A stretch of 62,528 nt of DNA, filler included, from Porpidia crustulata (lineage: Eukaryota), in assembly GCA_964255105.1 (NCBI GenBank). It is 4 parts of 4 records of this genome, joined end to end, with 100 filler letters (N's around TTAATTAATTAA, not from the genome) between each part and the next. Parts side by side here need not be neighbours in the genome. Positions count along the whole stretch, not along the records: positions 46,987 to 62,528 come from CAXUWE010000299.1; 3 more parts are not named here. The stretch is one strand, 5' to 3'. Under the pieces are notes generated by a model. It was given only the letters and a program-made list of their open reading frames with translations. It ran no database searches and was not told the origin of the DNA. Positions 49,221 to 61,882 of the stretch are shown piece by piece (the stretch's first letter is position 1; the number at the start of each line of letters is the position of its first letter). The position numbers were made by a program, and so were the translations under genes.

Positions 49221-51837
49221 CTGTTTTAGTCATATGCTTATCCTCACTCCAGATAGGAAGAAGCACGTACCATGGCTTCCTCGCCGTCTTGCATATCGCA
49301 ATGTCCCCACTGAACCTGGCTTTCTCGGCTATACCGACGTCAATGTTAGCAAAGATCACGTTGGCTAACGTGTCTCACGGTTCTGAACAATAGCGAAGAA
49401 GAAACGTGTGCAAGAATCAGCTCTGCAGGTCCTCCAAGTGAATATCAGAGGTAGCAATATAATTGCTTTCTGTGTTGGACTTATACATCTTGCGAAGCAG
49501 ACTGCATGCAGATATCAGGAAGGAAGGAGAGAATCACAGGTTGATGAGAAACGCTCAATTGAAGAAGGAAAGAATTCATACAACTGAAGACGATCTCTGT
49601 CTGGACATAGGTGACCTTGATATGATCGAATTTCTCTTTATGATTAACTGATTTTTTAAAGACGCAAATTGCAGGACTAGACTCAGGCCAAAGGGTTGAC
49701 TGATAACTAGGTAGATACCACGGCAACGTACAGTGGCTGTGCAGAGAAAAGAGATAACCCTGTTGGCAAGTCGCTCTTAAATGCACCCCTCAAATTCCAT
49801 GGAGTTCCTCGTACAACGCTGAGTTCATGTGTGTGTGTTTGCATATAGTGGTGGAAGGCATAAAGCAGATGTGTGGATTACCCTGATGAGCCAAGCATGA
49901 ACGAGGCACAGAAGCACTTGATGTCCAGCGCAGTCAGAAGAGGGAATCGCCTCCTCCCCCAAACAATATTATACCCACAGTGGATCTGATGTGGTGAGTG
50001 CCAGGTCTTCCTCACTTTGACAGGAGTACACCAGGTTACCCAAACCGTGACGACTCATGTCTTCGTTGCATCACAATTGAACGTGAGCTAGTGGGACCAT
50101 ACATGGAACCTAGGTACTGTAGCTGCTACCTACCTACTTTAGTGCGTAGGGGCGTCTTTGGTACCTATCGTGCTATCGTGCGACTGATGCCTATCCCCTC
50201 GCTTAGCACGGCCTAGAACCTTAGCTGCGCCCCAGGTGGCCCCTTGGCCTCACGTTTGGAGTACCGGGTAAATAATACAGTTGGAATCCTAAGCAGTCAG
50301 CAGACATCTACGAACGCATTCGAGATTCTGTTGACGCAATCTGAACAGGCTGGATAGCCAAAGATATCGAGGGATTGATAAATTTCGGACATGTTCTAGA
50401 AAATAACGATCCTTCAAACTGCTCTTTATGTCACCGCTGCTTCCTGTCCACCTGGGATAAGCTGAGGCGCAGAGGATGTGGACTATCAAAGCGATTTTAT
50501 AAGGGGCAAGGCTGTCAAGACTCAGAGCGCTGGATTTCGCCTTGCTGCCTCCTTAGTGTCTTTCTGTCAGGTACAAGAGAGGTGGAAGAAGGTCATATCT
50601 GCTTTCTTATCTTCTATCCGATCCCCAATGTTTCCTGAGACGGATGTAGGTGTCGGCTGTCGTCCCAGTCGTTTGGCTGGGTTAGGTGAGTCCTTTTAGC
50701 CTGGTCCACCCACCCTGAAATGAAAGACATCCCCGTCCCTTACGCGTTATCGCACAGCGTAGCCTGCTGTGAATCCTTGGCTGAAACCCCGAGCGCGGCG
50801 GTGAGAACGCACAGCTACGCCTTGCACCGCCGAGGCTGGAAGCCCAGATTCATTCTTGAGCCATGATCGGTGTGGCGGGGAGGTGTGCATCATCGTCACG
50901 GCGATCGTCGAGCTGTAAAGGCCAGCTTGATCTGGACCGCACCAAGTTCTGGGGCCAGCAGTTGAACCCTCCCGAGGATCGAAGACCTTTCCACGGCACA
51001 GGAGCATGTGGGAGCACAAAACGTCGCAGCAACGGGAAACCTGGCATCGCAGGACCCCTCAGCGGCGCAGAACAACTCGGCAGCACAGGCAGTCCAGAGC
51101 CCCCCGTCTCCAGATACCATAGTCGCGCTCGTTAGAGGTTTTTCCGTATACGAGAGCCACGACTTCGACTATGAGGTATACCTCAAGCTTCCCCTGAGGA
51201 CAATCGTCATGTAACGGCCCGTCGGTGGACATGGCTGAGTATCTCGTTGAAGAGACCCGCAATTGTTCACTGTTACCCGTATCTGCGCTGTTGCGGCATT
51301 TGCGACTGTTTTCTCCTTGATACCGCTTGGTTCGTTCCATTTAGTGTTGCCGAAGGGGGTTTTCTCTAGCTTGATATGGGTAGGCAGTGTTTTGGGGACA
51401 TACTTATGCTGTGTTGGTTATCTATAGAGAGAGAGAAGTTGGCACGCCGTTGGATGATCTAGTGAAATCTTATCAGAGATCCTTGGTTAGGTAGCAATAG
51501 TTGGGGCGCAAAATCATTATCAGATGGCTTTTCCTCTTATATCAAAAACGGCGTCGCCCAATACCATTCAGTCAGAACAATGTTCCACACCTCTCGTTTC
51601 ATTCGTCTTTGCCTATCTAGGACTGCCTTAGCCCTGCTACCTTGATCTCCCAATCAGTCCAAAGCATGCACACCCCAGAACGCATGCCGCGGGTATATAA
51701 AGTATCGCTCAAAAATCCCCCTTTCCCCAAATCCCCAACCCTTTTCCGCTTGAAGATTTGAAAACGCCTGATGAGGAACTCTTAGTCATACAGTACTGAC
51801 AGAAATAACCCAACATGGGTCGGAACAGCCTGATTGT

Positions 51838-54800
51838 TCAGTCCACGACGACTGGGTCGTCCTCTTCGCCCCTTTTCCTCTTCGTTCCACATGGTGTTGT
51901 CGTCCTTATGAGGACCTCGCCCTTCAAAAGGTTTGTTCGAAAGAGTTCATCAATTTTAGTGACTATTTCCTCGACCCCTTCGGGCGTCGCCGCAATACTG
52001 CCCTTCGAAATACCCTGCCAGCCGTCTCCACTGGCGCCTTCCAACTCTATCATTGCTTTCTCCACGTCGACATCCAATCTCTTTGGGACCTTTTGGCCTT
52101 TTTCTCCGGCATCTTCTGTAAAAACACCCATGTCCTTCACAAACCACTTCATGTCTCCCCTTCGCAACCGTAAGCGGATCTCCCATCTGCTTCTCGACCC
52201 GCGGTAGCGCACATGATACCATTCAGGAGAACGTGGCAGGATCAGTATTCCGTAGGCGCCTTCGAGAGATGAGAGAATTCTTAGCAAGGGCAGTGTTATT
52301 GGGAGTAGAGTGAGAACGCGATTGAGGCCACCGGAACGGCGGAACATCTTGGTGAGAAAGTCTTGGATGCGTAAGTGAGGATTGGATTTCGGGAACGAGA
52401 TCCTCATGAAACCATTAGTTGGGAAATGAAGAGTTGCATTTAGGATGGTTGGAGTGGTGGTGTAAATGAATTCCAGGTGGTTGAGAGATACGGCATTGCA
52501 ACGAAGTCTATGGCGCTTGATGGTATGCAGGAATTGGACCAGACGCTCGATATTGGAGAGGCGTTTGTGAAGAGAAGGGATGGTAAGTTCTCCAACAGGG
52601 GTTTGAAGGCGGAAAGCAAAGGCACCGGAGGTGGGATGGAACGCTATGGAGGAGTCGATAGAGGAGGTAAGCGCCCTTGTATTGGATATAGGTCTCTCCA
52701 TGCAGGCAGAAGCAATATGGATGGCGGAGGAAGTTTCTTGGTCGATGCCCTGGAATGTGAGGGCTACAGTTTCGTTGGTCCACAAGATTAACGAACGACT
52801 AGGAGATTTCGGCGATGCTGGAGTTTCTGGCGTTGTAGAAGATTTGCGCTCACTCAATTTCATTATAAGTGTCTTAGGCTCATGAGAGCTTGATGCCTGC
52901 TGTAATTTATGCAATACTCCTTGGAAGGTGAGGTAGCGAGTATCCACGAAGTTCGCTATCATACTAGCGGCGGAACGCTCAATTAGGGCAAAAGTGGCAT
53001 AGGAAGGTTCCATGATGAACGATTTAAGTCCAGGCATTGAGATTCTGTAGGCAGCTCGAATCACCGGGCGGGCTCTTGATATTGAGCTCGTACGTTCAAC
53101 TTGTGTTTCCTTGCCCGGTAATTCTACCACCCACCACGAATCACCTCCAAGGCTCGTTGCTAATGCCAAGATCCAATCAGGATTCCAACTTCTTCTTCGA
53201 AAAAATCCGAGCCGCAGGGCATCGCGCGGAAAAAGACGTGCCCTGGTTTCTTGGTCGAGGTTGAAAGAGCGAATACATTCCCAGCCGAAGCATCGACCAC
53301 GAATCTCAAATTCTTCTTGCGAGACGACAGCCCTTAAAGTTGCTAATTTCAAAGGCGCATCCACAGCTGGAGAGGTAAGATTATTGAGTTCCCACTCGGC
53401 ACGACTATACGCGGGAGAAGCCGGTGACAGAGCGAATCTGCCTGTGACAGGCTCTAGATTTATACTCACAACCTTGGACAATGTGAGCTGGACAAGGAGA
53501 GCAGCGTCGATAGGTTCGACGGTAGATAGCCTCTGCTTCAGTCCCAAGAGTCTTTCCGAGTACAACGGGCCTTTCCGCAGTTTAGCCGCCACCTCTTGAA
53601 ATACGATGCAGGTATGCTTCGCAATGACTCTTTTCAATAATGCTCCGAAGCAGAGATTGCTAAGTCCCAGGTCGATTTGAAAGTCGGTTACTTCTTTGCC
53701 ACCACAGAACCAGCGCATAGCTATATAAGGGACTGGTGGGGCATCAGAGGAGTTGATACGTTTACCTTTTCGACGCTTGATGCCAATCTCAACCCAGTTC
53801 TTGCCTCCAGGTCTATTCAACCAATATTGCACAACAAGTGACCGGTGTACTGCTTCTACTTTCAAATGCTCCGACCAATGTCCTCTCCAGAATTCAAAAG
53901 CCTGGTGTCTTAGAATACTCACCTTGTGGGTGAGCACAAGGTCGTGAAGAAAGTCAAAACATCCACGCAAGCCTTCGCGTTTCAAGATGTCGTTGGCCTT
54001 CCCCTCGATCTCATCCCGAAATCTGCCAGGGGGTAGTTCAGTGGGCGTCGGCGAAAACAGGAAACGGAAGTCGATGAAGTAAAGCTGAGCGGATGGATCC
54101 TCCTCTGCTATTGATAGATCGACTTCGAACTCCTCCAAAACATGAAAAGTCACTCGGCCGGAGGTTATTGAGAAGTCTCGAAAAGGTGGAGGGATAGATT
54201 CATGCAAATTCAAACGTATAGAAAGCAGTGTGTTGATATTATGAAGCGCCTTGAGCATTTGCTGTGGAGATAGTGCTTCTGGAGGGATATAGCCAAGATC
54301 CGGAAGCCAGGACGCATGACCAACAGAGAGAACCTCCAATGCCGTTTTGATATCTGGATTTGGCATCTTGGCAAGTGCTAGTTTTCGCTTTAGCTGGCCC
54401 ATCCAGCCGACAGCACCGTCAAAGAGTGCCTTTTGCCCATCTAACCAAATCTTCATATCTATAACTTTGCTTACTTCCTCGACTCGACGACTCCATTGTG
54501 AAAGAACCAGGATCTTGATGAATTGCGCTCTTCGATTTTGGGCGAAGTCAAGCATGCGGAGTTTTTTCTCAACGTTTTCTTGAGAATTCCCCGTCCCCTG
54601 CCCGTTTATTTGCGTTTTGACATCATGAAATGGCGTATAGTGACTTGGCTGCGGGACCCTCATATCAGACATATCATTGATGACGTCTGCAAGGTCGTTG
54701 AAAGTTTCCTGTGCGAGTCTCGTGATGAGCGTAGACAGCGGCAGGTAGCCAAGAGTAATATGTTCTATTTCCGGAGGTAATTGCCTTATCATGTCGGCCA

Positions 54801-55035
54801 TTGCTGAGGAGGGTGTGCTCTGGATTCCCAGAGCACTTGACGCCGATCCGTTGATGTGAACACCATTTGAAGATTCGTGAAGCCCGTTCGTGTAAGCCGC
54901 GCTGGTGTCGATACTGTTCATCTCCACATCCTTAATGCCCTCGCTCGTTGAATATCCAGGCCGAGTATTGACCGCCATCTTCCCCACTTGCGGGACCCCG
55001 TTACTGTCCTCCAAGCTCTTCAGTATGCCTGGCAT
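51838..55035 (-). CDS. MED14: Mediator subunit Med14/Rgr1
   Basis: LPPEIEHITLGYLPLSTLITRLAQ, KKLRMLDFAQNRRAQFIKILVLSQWS, MPNPDIKTALEVL, GRVTFHVLEEFEVDLS. Start taken at MPGIL; the ORF extends upstream to 55125. Confidence 0.93.
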   Translation of the reverse strand: MPGILKSLEDSNGVPQVGKMAVNTRPGYSTSEGIKDVEMNSIDTSAAYTNGLHESSNGVHINGSASSALGIQSTPSSAMADMIRQLPPEIEHITLGYLPLSTLITRLAQETFNDLADVINDMSDMRVPQPSHYTPFHDVKTQINGQGTGNSQENVEKKLRMLDFAQNRRAQFIKILVLSQWSRRVEEVSKVIDMKIWLDGQKALFDGAVGWMGQLKRKLALAKMPNPDIKTALEVLSVGHASWLPDLGYIPPEALSPQQMLKALHNINTLLSIRLNLHESIPPPFRDFSITSGRVTFHVLEEFEVDLSIAEEDPSAQLYFIDFRFLFSPTPTELPPGRFRDEIEGKANDILKREGLRGCFDFLHDLVLTHKVSILRHQAFEFWRGHWSEHLKVEAVHRSLVVQYWLNRPGGKNWVEIGIKRRKGKRINSSDAPPVPYIAMRWFCGGKEVTDFQIDLGLSNLCFGALLKRVIAKHTCIVFQEVAAKLRKGPLYSERLLGLKQRLSTVEPIDAALLVQLTLSKVVSINLEPVTGRFALSPASPAYSRAEWELNNLTSPAVDAPLKLATLRAVVSQEEFEIRGRCFGWECIRSFNLDQETRARLFPRDALRLGFFRRRSWNPDWILALATSLGGDSWWVVELPGKETQVERTSSISRARPVIRAAYRISMPGLKSFIMEPSYATFALIERSAASMIANFVDTRYLTFQGVLHKLQQASSSHEPKTLIMKLSERKSSTTPETPASPKSPSRSLILWTNETVALTFQGIDQETSSAIHIASACMERPISNTRALTSSIDSSIAFHPTSGAFAFRLQTPVGELTIPSLHKRLSNIERLVQFLHTIKRHRLRCNAVSLNHLEFIYTTTPTILNATLHFPTNGFMRISFPKSNPHLRIQDFLTKMFRRSGGLNRVLTLLPITLPLLRILSSLEGAYGILILPRSPEWYHVRYRGSRSRWEIRLRLRRGDMKWFVKDMGVFTEDAGEKGQKVPKRLDVDVEKAMIELEGASGDGWQGISKGSIAATPEGVEEIVTKIDELFRTNLLKGEVLIRTTTPCGTKRKRGEEDDPVVVD

Positions 55036-56426
55036 ATCTCCTGGTTGCCCATGCGAATCATCCGCTTCCTCCACATTCGCGCTGACCACTAACCCCTCCT
55101 GCACCTCCGGCAGATTCCCTCCCACTCGCTGTGTATACTCTATCTTGCCCAGCTAATCAACATTCAATGCAGTCAGCTGTCTGCTTTGTAGCTATTGTAA
55201 GGTCCGTAGTGTGATCAAGTCTCAGCGAGTCTCTGATATACCATATGCATAGTCAGACGTCACGGTATGATGTTTTGCTCTGATATCCACGCCGATGATT
55301 GAGATGAGGGCTGTCGAATGCACATGTGCGCTGTTCCCGTCTTTCTAGAGTATGGAAGATGTTTGCGCAATTAAGCCCGAGACAATATACGGGTGAGCCT
55401 ACGGTGCTGTGTTGGTGAAGGTTGAATATGACGAGAGAGGCTGGCTTTCAGTTGTAGCTGGGTTGTTTCACGTCAATTGCTAGCAGAGCGCCTTATTATT
55501 GTTACGCCGCCATTGGGATCCTGAAATAAATTACATACAGCGATCGCTGGTTTCAGTTAATCAACTTCCATAACGCGGGTGGCGGGGTATTTTTTCCATT
55601 CAGTACTGATGAGTATCGACTCCGTGCGAAACATGTTAGCGATTGGAGATCGTTTTTACATCCAGTGTCTTTGCGCTTGTGGTACATACAGCTCTACACG
55701 CGGACTCTACCTGCCTACAGCACTACCTAAGATCTACTCTTGTGTTGTTAGAAAAGTTGGTTTCTTCAGGTCTACTCTACTCTAGGCCAAGGTAAGAAAC
55801 CTTAGTGTGTGCATTCCTTCGCGGGCCGCATAGAGATCCGCGTGACCCCTGAGGTCGGGTGCTAAATAGGGCCTGTCTAAGCGTGCTAAGGTAAGACGTA
55901 GAGGCTGTTTCTAACTTAGATAGTACGATAGGCACTTATCAGAGAGGTCGCTACATTTGAACTGCAAGTGCCTCCTCACTAAATATCTTCATCCATTGGA
56001 CATCTTCTCCATCGCCCTCCAAGAACTATGTTGTCAATTCACCAGCTTGTACCGAATCCAAAAATGCTCCCATAAATGGCAGCAACGTACGAAGGCATCC
56101 AGTAAGACCGAGTGTATCCAGCGCATGCGAGTCATCCGGGTATGCGTCCGCGCTTACTGACCAAATCGGATCTTCATCATGGTTTGTTGATTTCTTCAGT
56201 TTGTGCTTGTACATCCGACAGTTCAACCTCTCAAGCTCTCTGAGACTCGTCGTCTTAAGCCAACCGTGAAATATATCAGGTTCGGCAACTCTCTAGTCAA
56301 GGATCCACGCATTTGCCACTGAATCAAGGACAGCCTTCAAATATCAAAGCCTCCTTTCTGTCCCCAACGCCATCATTTGAAGCTGACGATGAGTTATCCT
56401 TCGACTTCTCGGTCGCTTCAACAAAC

Positions 56427-58390
56427 ATGAGCTCTCGACAGCGCGATTGGCAGTACCGAGGCCCACCTCGATACGTCGGTGAAGACACACGTTTGACAAG
56501 CAACAAAGAGCTCTACGGATGGTATAGTTATGGCTGGGCGGCAGAAGTATTTGTGATCTGCGGCATCGGTGCGGACGCACATCATCCTGAGAGATTGTGA
56601 TAGAAGGCTAAAAGCATTGCAATCGGTAGGATCATTTCTACCCATCACGTTGGAACAGCTCGCACGAGAGCGTGGTGTGCTTTTGGCAGACAGATCGAAG
56701 CCATGCAGTCCAAGCTTCCATATCACACAGCCGGCAACACTTAATCGCAGATTAGGTCCCGCGTCAAATGATGATTTGGGACCATGCGTCGTTCATTTGC
56801 TAGGCGTTGAAATTAATACTGCGAGCTTTGCTTTGTATACTTTCTCTTTGAGTGTCTTTGTGCAAGCTATTGTGATCATCTCCATGTCGGGGGCTGCAGA
56901 TCATGGAAGGTATCGGAAGTCTCTTTTGCTCTTATTTGCATTCACTGGTGCCATGGCAACAATGCTTTTCCTCGCCGTTGTACCTAGGGTCTACGTGCTT
57001 GGCGCATTACTCGCCATTATCTCGAACACTTGCTTTGGCGCATCCTTTGTCCTTTTGAACTCCTTCTTACCTGTGCTGGTGCGTCATCACCCTTCGGTCC
57101 AGGAGCCCGCCTCCGTGGATTCTTCAGAAGAGGATGCTCAGAACGAGGAGCCATCCAGTTCGGACATCCGCAGCTCTAATGAATCAACACAGGCCTTACT
57201 TACACCATCGCAAGCTACCGTAAAGCCACCATATCCCGCTAGCTCTTTACCTGAGCGTCGACAAACGACTTCACGGGATGGTCGGACAAACGGTTCTACG
57301 AGTGGTCAATTAGACAAAGCGTCTACGTCTCCAGAGTTGCGTCTTTCAACTAAGATCTCATCTTACGGTATCGGAATTGGGTACACAGCTGGAGTGCTTG
57401 TCCAGATCCTTGCAGTCGGGGTCATTATTCTAACCGGTTCTGTTTCACACTCGTCAAACCTCGCATTCCGCATAGTCCTCTTCCTCATTGGCTTGTGGTG
57501 GCTTTGTTTTACGATACCTGCAGCACTATGGCTTCGACCTCGGCCAGGTCCTCCAATCCCCTTGAGTAGCAAAGGTAAGCAGCGACGGACCTGGGCAGGC
57601 TATATTGGTGTATCGTGGCGCTCCCTAGCCAGAACCATCTTACGTGCTGGCAAACTGAAAGATGTTCTGCTTTTTCTCGGTAGCTGGTTTATGATCAGTG
57701 ACTCTATCGCAACCGTCAGCGGGACGGCTATCCTTTTCGCGAAAACTGAATTGAAGATGAGAGTGAGCAATGTCTGTAGTTCAGAAGCTTTATGTTCAGT
57801 TGACGATAGAATAGCCTACCTCGCTTGCGCTGATCAACGTGGTTGCGACATTGTCTGGCGTACTGGGTGCTTTCATTTGGAGCAAAATCTCGCGAATGTT
57901 TAACGCTCGTCCGTCCCAGACTATTGTCGCATGCATCTGTTTATTTGAGGTCATTCCAATCTACGGTCTCTTGGGATATATACCGGCAGTAAGGAGATGG
58001 GGTGTATTCGGGTTACAACAACCATGGGAAATGTATCCCTTGGGTGCTGTCTACGGCTTTGTCCTCGGAGGTCTTTCGTCTTATTGCCGTAGCTTCTTCG
58101 GTGAATTGATTCCACCAGGGTCAGAAGCTGCGTTCTACGCGTTGTACGCCATCACTGATAAGGGCTCGTCGATATTCGGCCCTGCAATTGTAGGGGCGAT
58201 AACTAACAAGTATGGGGAGATCAGACCAGCCTTTGTCTTTTTGGCAGTCTTGATCTTCATACCTCTGCCCTTGATGATGCTGGTGGATGTTGATCGAGGC
58301 AAGAGAGATGGCATGAGAATGGCTAAAGAGTTGGAAGGCACGAAGCACTCGTGTTTGAACCATTCTGAAGATAATAGTATAAGAGAATAA
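56427..58390 (+). CDS. ATG22: Vacuolar amino acid effluxer Atg22 (MFS); 3 exons
   Basis: [72 protein letters not shown]. Introns 56569-56629 and 57763-57814. Start codon uncertain. Confidence 0.92.
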
Positions 58391-59148
58391 CTTGGCAGAA
58401 AGGGTCACGACTGGAGAGGAAGCTCTTTAGGCCGACCGCGCTGTCGTCTAAAATGGAAAAAACATGAAGCACTTTGTTTCTGTTGAAGCCTGTTTGATAC
58501 GGCGTCTACTTGTGGGAAATTATCGCGGAGGAGCATTATGGATCTCTGTAAATTCGGGTTTCTTTTGAGCTTCGACTTACTACTTGACTCGCAGCTAATC
58601 TGGAACCAAATGTCATCGCACGTGTTTGGGTCGTAGTTTTCCCTTTCATAGATAATTAGAGCTCCGGCCCCATTCTGACATCAACAAAATATAGGATTCC
58701 TGCGAGCTCGATAGTGCCATACTTACTCCACTGTAACGCATCTACGGAGGCAGCCATGTAGCCACGTGGCATACCTACATTTCTAGTGGTTCTTGTACTT
58801 TTTGAATCATAGGGCGGTAAGTCGACTCTTCGATGTTCCTGTCAATCATATCACTCCTTCCCACGCTGCTCATTAGCATCGAGCATCAAGACAATCAGAA
58901 ATACCGTGATATGCTTTATGTATCTTATTTCAGATGCCGCGTAGGGATTTTGTCTTTGTTCATGCTATAGATCTTTCTTTAAAGCGATTGAGACATAGTA
59001 AGCATAGTAATTCTAGTTACGTTTGCTGCCTGATTTACGTCGTTCACAGAAGACTTTCAGCTTAGACCCCGATTTTGCTATCCTCTCCGTCATCTGCACC
59101 TTGTTCATTACCATCGAACCCAATATCTCCAGAACAAAGTTTACTACC

Positions 59149-60017
59149 ATGAACGAGCTCCATCAAGCGTGCTCAACAGGCGACCTCTCCCAGCTTCAAA
59201 AATTGCTAGCCGAACCGGCTCATACCCAAACCATCCTTTCCCTCGAGATGCGCCCGTATAATCGGGTCACCGTCTCCATACTTAACCTCAGCCTGTTAGT
59301 TGAAACAGCCGCCAGCGCAGGTCAACCTTCAAGCATTGAAGCTCTTTTCCGTTTCGCCCATGATCATGATGTTGCTTATGATAAGCTTATCCATAGAGAT
59401 ACTGTTCAGGCCGCTCTAGGGGGGGACAGCTTTACCGTCCTCCAACACTTTGTGACGGCCATGCCTGAGGCTGCGAACTGTAGCATTGGGCACGGTGGCG
59501 ACGCACTCTCGGAGGTCCTTCGCAGACAAAGGTTTGATCAGGCGTCGTACTTGTTAGACCACGGCGCAAATCCGAATAGCGTATGCGCCGGCCATAAAGG
59601 GCCAGGTTACCACTTACGACTTGCCGCCCGAGAGCTTCCCCTCGAGTTTACTACATTGCTTCTCCGGCACGGAGCAGTTGTACCTCGTGCCGGTGCTTTG
59701 CAAATGGCGGCTGAGAAAGGGCGCTTGGACGTCTTAGAGATGTTGTTTGATCACGGTGCTGACTTGAACGAGCGGATGGAGCTTAAATTGGGTTTTTTGC
59801 ATATAAGACAAGGCATCAGCAAGCTTCTGAAACGGCGTTGATGATTGCAGTGAGCAACGGACAGGGAGAGGCTGTCAGCTGGTTGCTGGAGCATGGGGCC
59901 AACGCTGAGATTCTGGATCTGCAAGGCAAGACGGCGATGATGCTTGCAGCAGAACGTGGGGATGAGGATACGATAGGATTACTTAAATTGGCGGCAAACA
60001 GGGCAGCGGATCGATGA
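59149..60017 (+). CDS. Ankyrin-repeat protein interrupted by a -1 frameshift near 59790-59798
   Basis: LHQACSTGD, YLLDHGANPN, ALQMAAEKGRLDVLEMLFDHGADLN in frame 0; TALMIAVSNGQGEAVSWLLEHGAN..GKTAMMLAAERG in the -1 frame up to TGA 60015-60017. Confidence 0.8.
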
Positions 60018-60851
60018 TGTAAATGGAAGGATGAAAACGGCTTCGATGTTAACGTCCTGATGGTACATTCGCTATAGAAAATGACGAGTCCGAACGACTG
60101 ATGGAAGATATCTGAACGCATACTCTTGCTTCTGATTGGGTATATTTGAGAGAGCCGTTAGGGAGAGTGGCTCTTCGAAACCTCATCATATCAACAAGCT
60201 TGGACTGAATTCATACCTAGCTACTCGTATGACCATTGACTCAGGACTTACTCTGGCACCTAAGCGTAGTAGCAGTAGTAGCATTCCGCATCATTCTGAT
60301 ATTTAGATTATCTAGGTACCTACAAAAACTATAGCCCAATACTAGCCAGAAATACAACGAAGAAGAATAGAACTCACACCTTGAGCTTACATACGTTGGA
60401 TTTGGGCATTCACGAGAGTTCCTGCTACTTTCAAGAACAAAACATAGGGAGAGAAAGAGGTGAGAAATTTCATTGGACTTTTTGGATACAAGCATGAAGA
60501 TATTGGGTAGACTACATTGCAATGAGAGGTGACTCAGATGAAGATCTCGACTTGGAGAGCGGCCATTCTTCCTGAAGACTCAACATCAGTTAATTCCTGC
60601 CTGCTATTGTTTCTTTTATTTTCGCCTTTTGGATTCACGTAGATACCAGATCAAGTAAATTTCCCCGGCAAGCCGGGGCAGCACTGTGCCAGAACTAGGT
60701 GCCTTACTCCCCGTAGGCGCAACTGCATCACCAAAGGAGACCCCTCAGCCCTATACTATCAAGCCTTATTCCATATCAGGCACATCCTAGCGGAGATCGA
60801 AATGCAACTTCTAACCAAGGATCTGTGCAACAGCTAAGCGTTTCCGCTGTC

Positions 60852-61481
60852 ATGAGTCGAGGAGGAAAACTGGCCCCCGAAGTAAATCGGTAAGTTGTCT
60901 CTCCATAGACTTGCGATGCCGTTTCATCTTCGGCCATCACTGATCTCGCTAATCCTTCTCCAAGGGCTCTCTTCGTCAAGAATCTCAGGTCGGTCTCCTA
61001 TGCGGTCGCGCTACATCCTCAACACCCTACTGATACCGACCAATAGCTACAACGTCACGCCGGAAGAACTCTTCGACCTCTTTGGAAAGTTTGGGCCTGT
61101 GCGGTAAGCGAGCCTTCCTCCGGCCCTCGGCGGGGACAACCGTTGACGGCGGAGACAGTCAAATTCGCCAGGGCATCGCCAACAACACCAAGGGCACGGC
61201 TTTTGTCGTGTACGAGGATGTCATGGACGCGAAGCAGGCCTGTGACAAGCTGAATGGTTTCAATTTTCAGAATCGATACTTGGTCGGTACGTCAAATCAT
61301 ATGGCCGACAGGGGGACCCGGCGGCCATGAAGCTCTACCGTATTTGAGGGCCCTTTCGACCCGCTAATGCTTTCGTACAGTTTTATATCACCAGCCCGAA
61401 AAAATGGCAAAGACCAAGGAAGATCTGGCGGAGCGGCAGGAGAACCTGGAGAAGCTGAAACGGCAGCATGGCATTGAATAA
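60852..61481 (+). CDS. SF3B6: Pre-mRNA branch site protein p14 (SF3B6/SF3b14a); 5 exons
   Basis: [94 protein letters not shown]; four GT-AG introns. Confidence 0.95.
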
Positions 61482-61882
61482 GATCTATGAGCTATTTGAT
61501 GCTAGTGGCTTAAGGCGCTCGTACATAGGCAGTGTGGAGTTGGAGGGCCAATTTGAATTACCGATGTAGTTTCCAAGTGCTGGAGACCGCGCATGTGTAT
61601 GGCAATCTCATTGATTGCACCCCCGCACTGTGAGGCTTGATTACCCCTTCAAATCGACATCTCAATGCACGGGGGCGCGAAGTGCAGCATTCTCACCCAG
61701 TTGATGCGAACTTGCCGGCCCATCCACTGATTCTGCGGCTGGGTATACTCCCGATTTCGCTGAACGCCAGGATATCCTCCTACCAATACATAACCTTGAC
61801 TTTTGACCTTTGCTGACCCGCGCCATCTATAACATCCGGTTTGGAACACCAGTCTAGCTTCTGCTTCACTCCAATATCCTCT

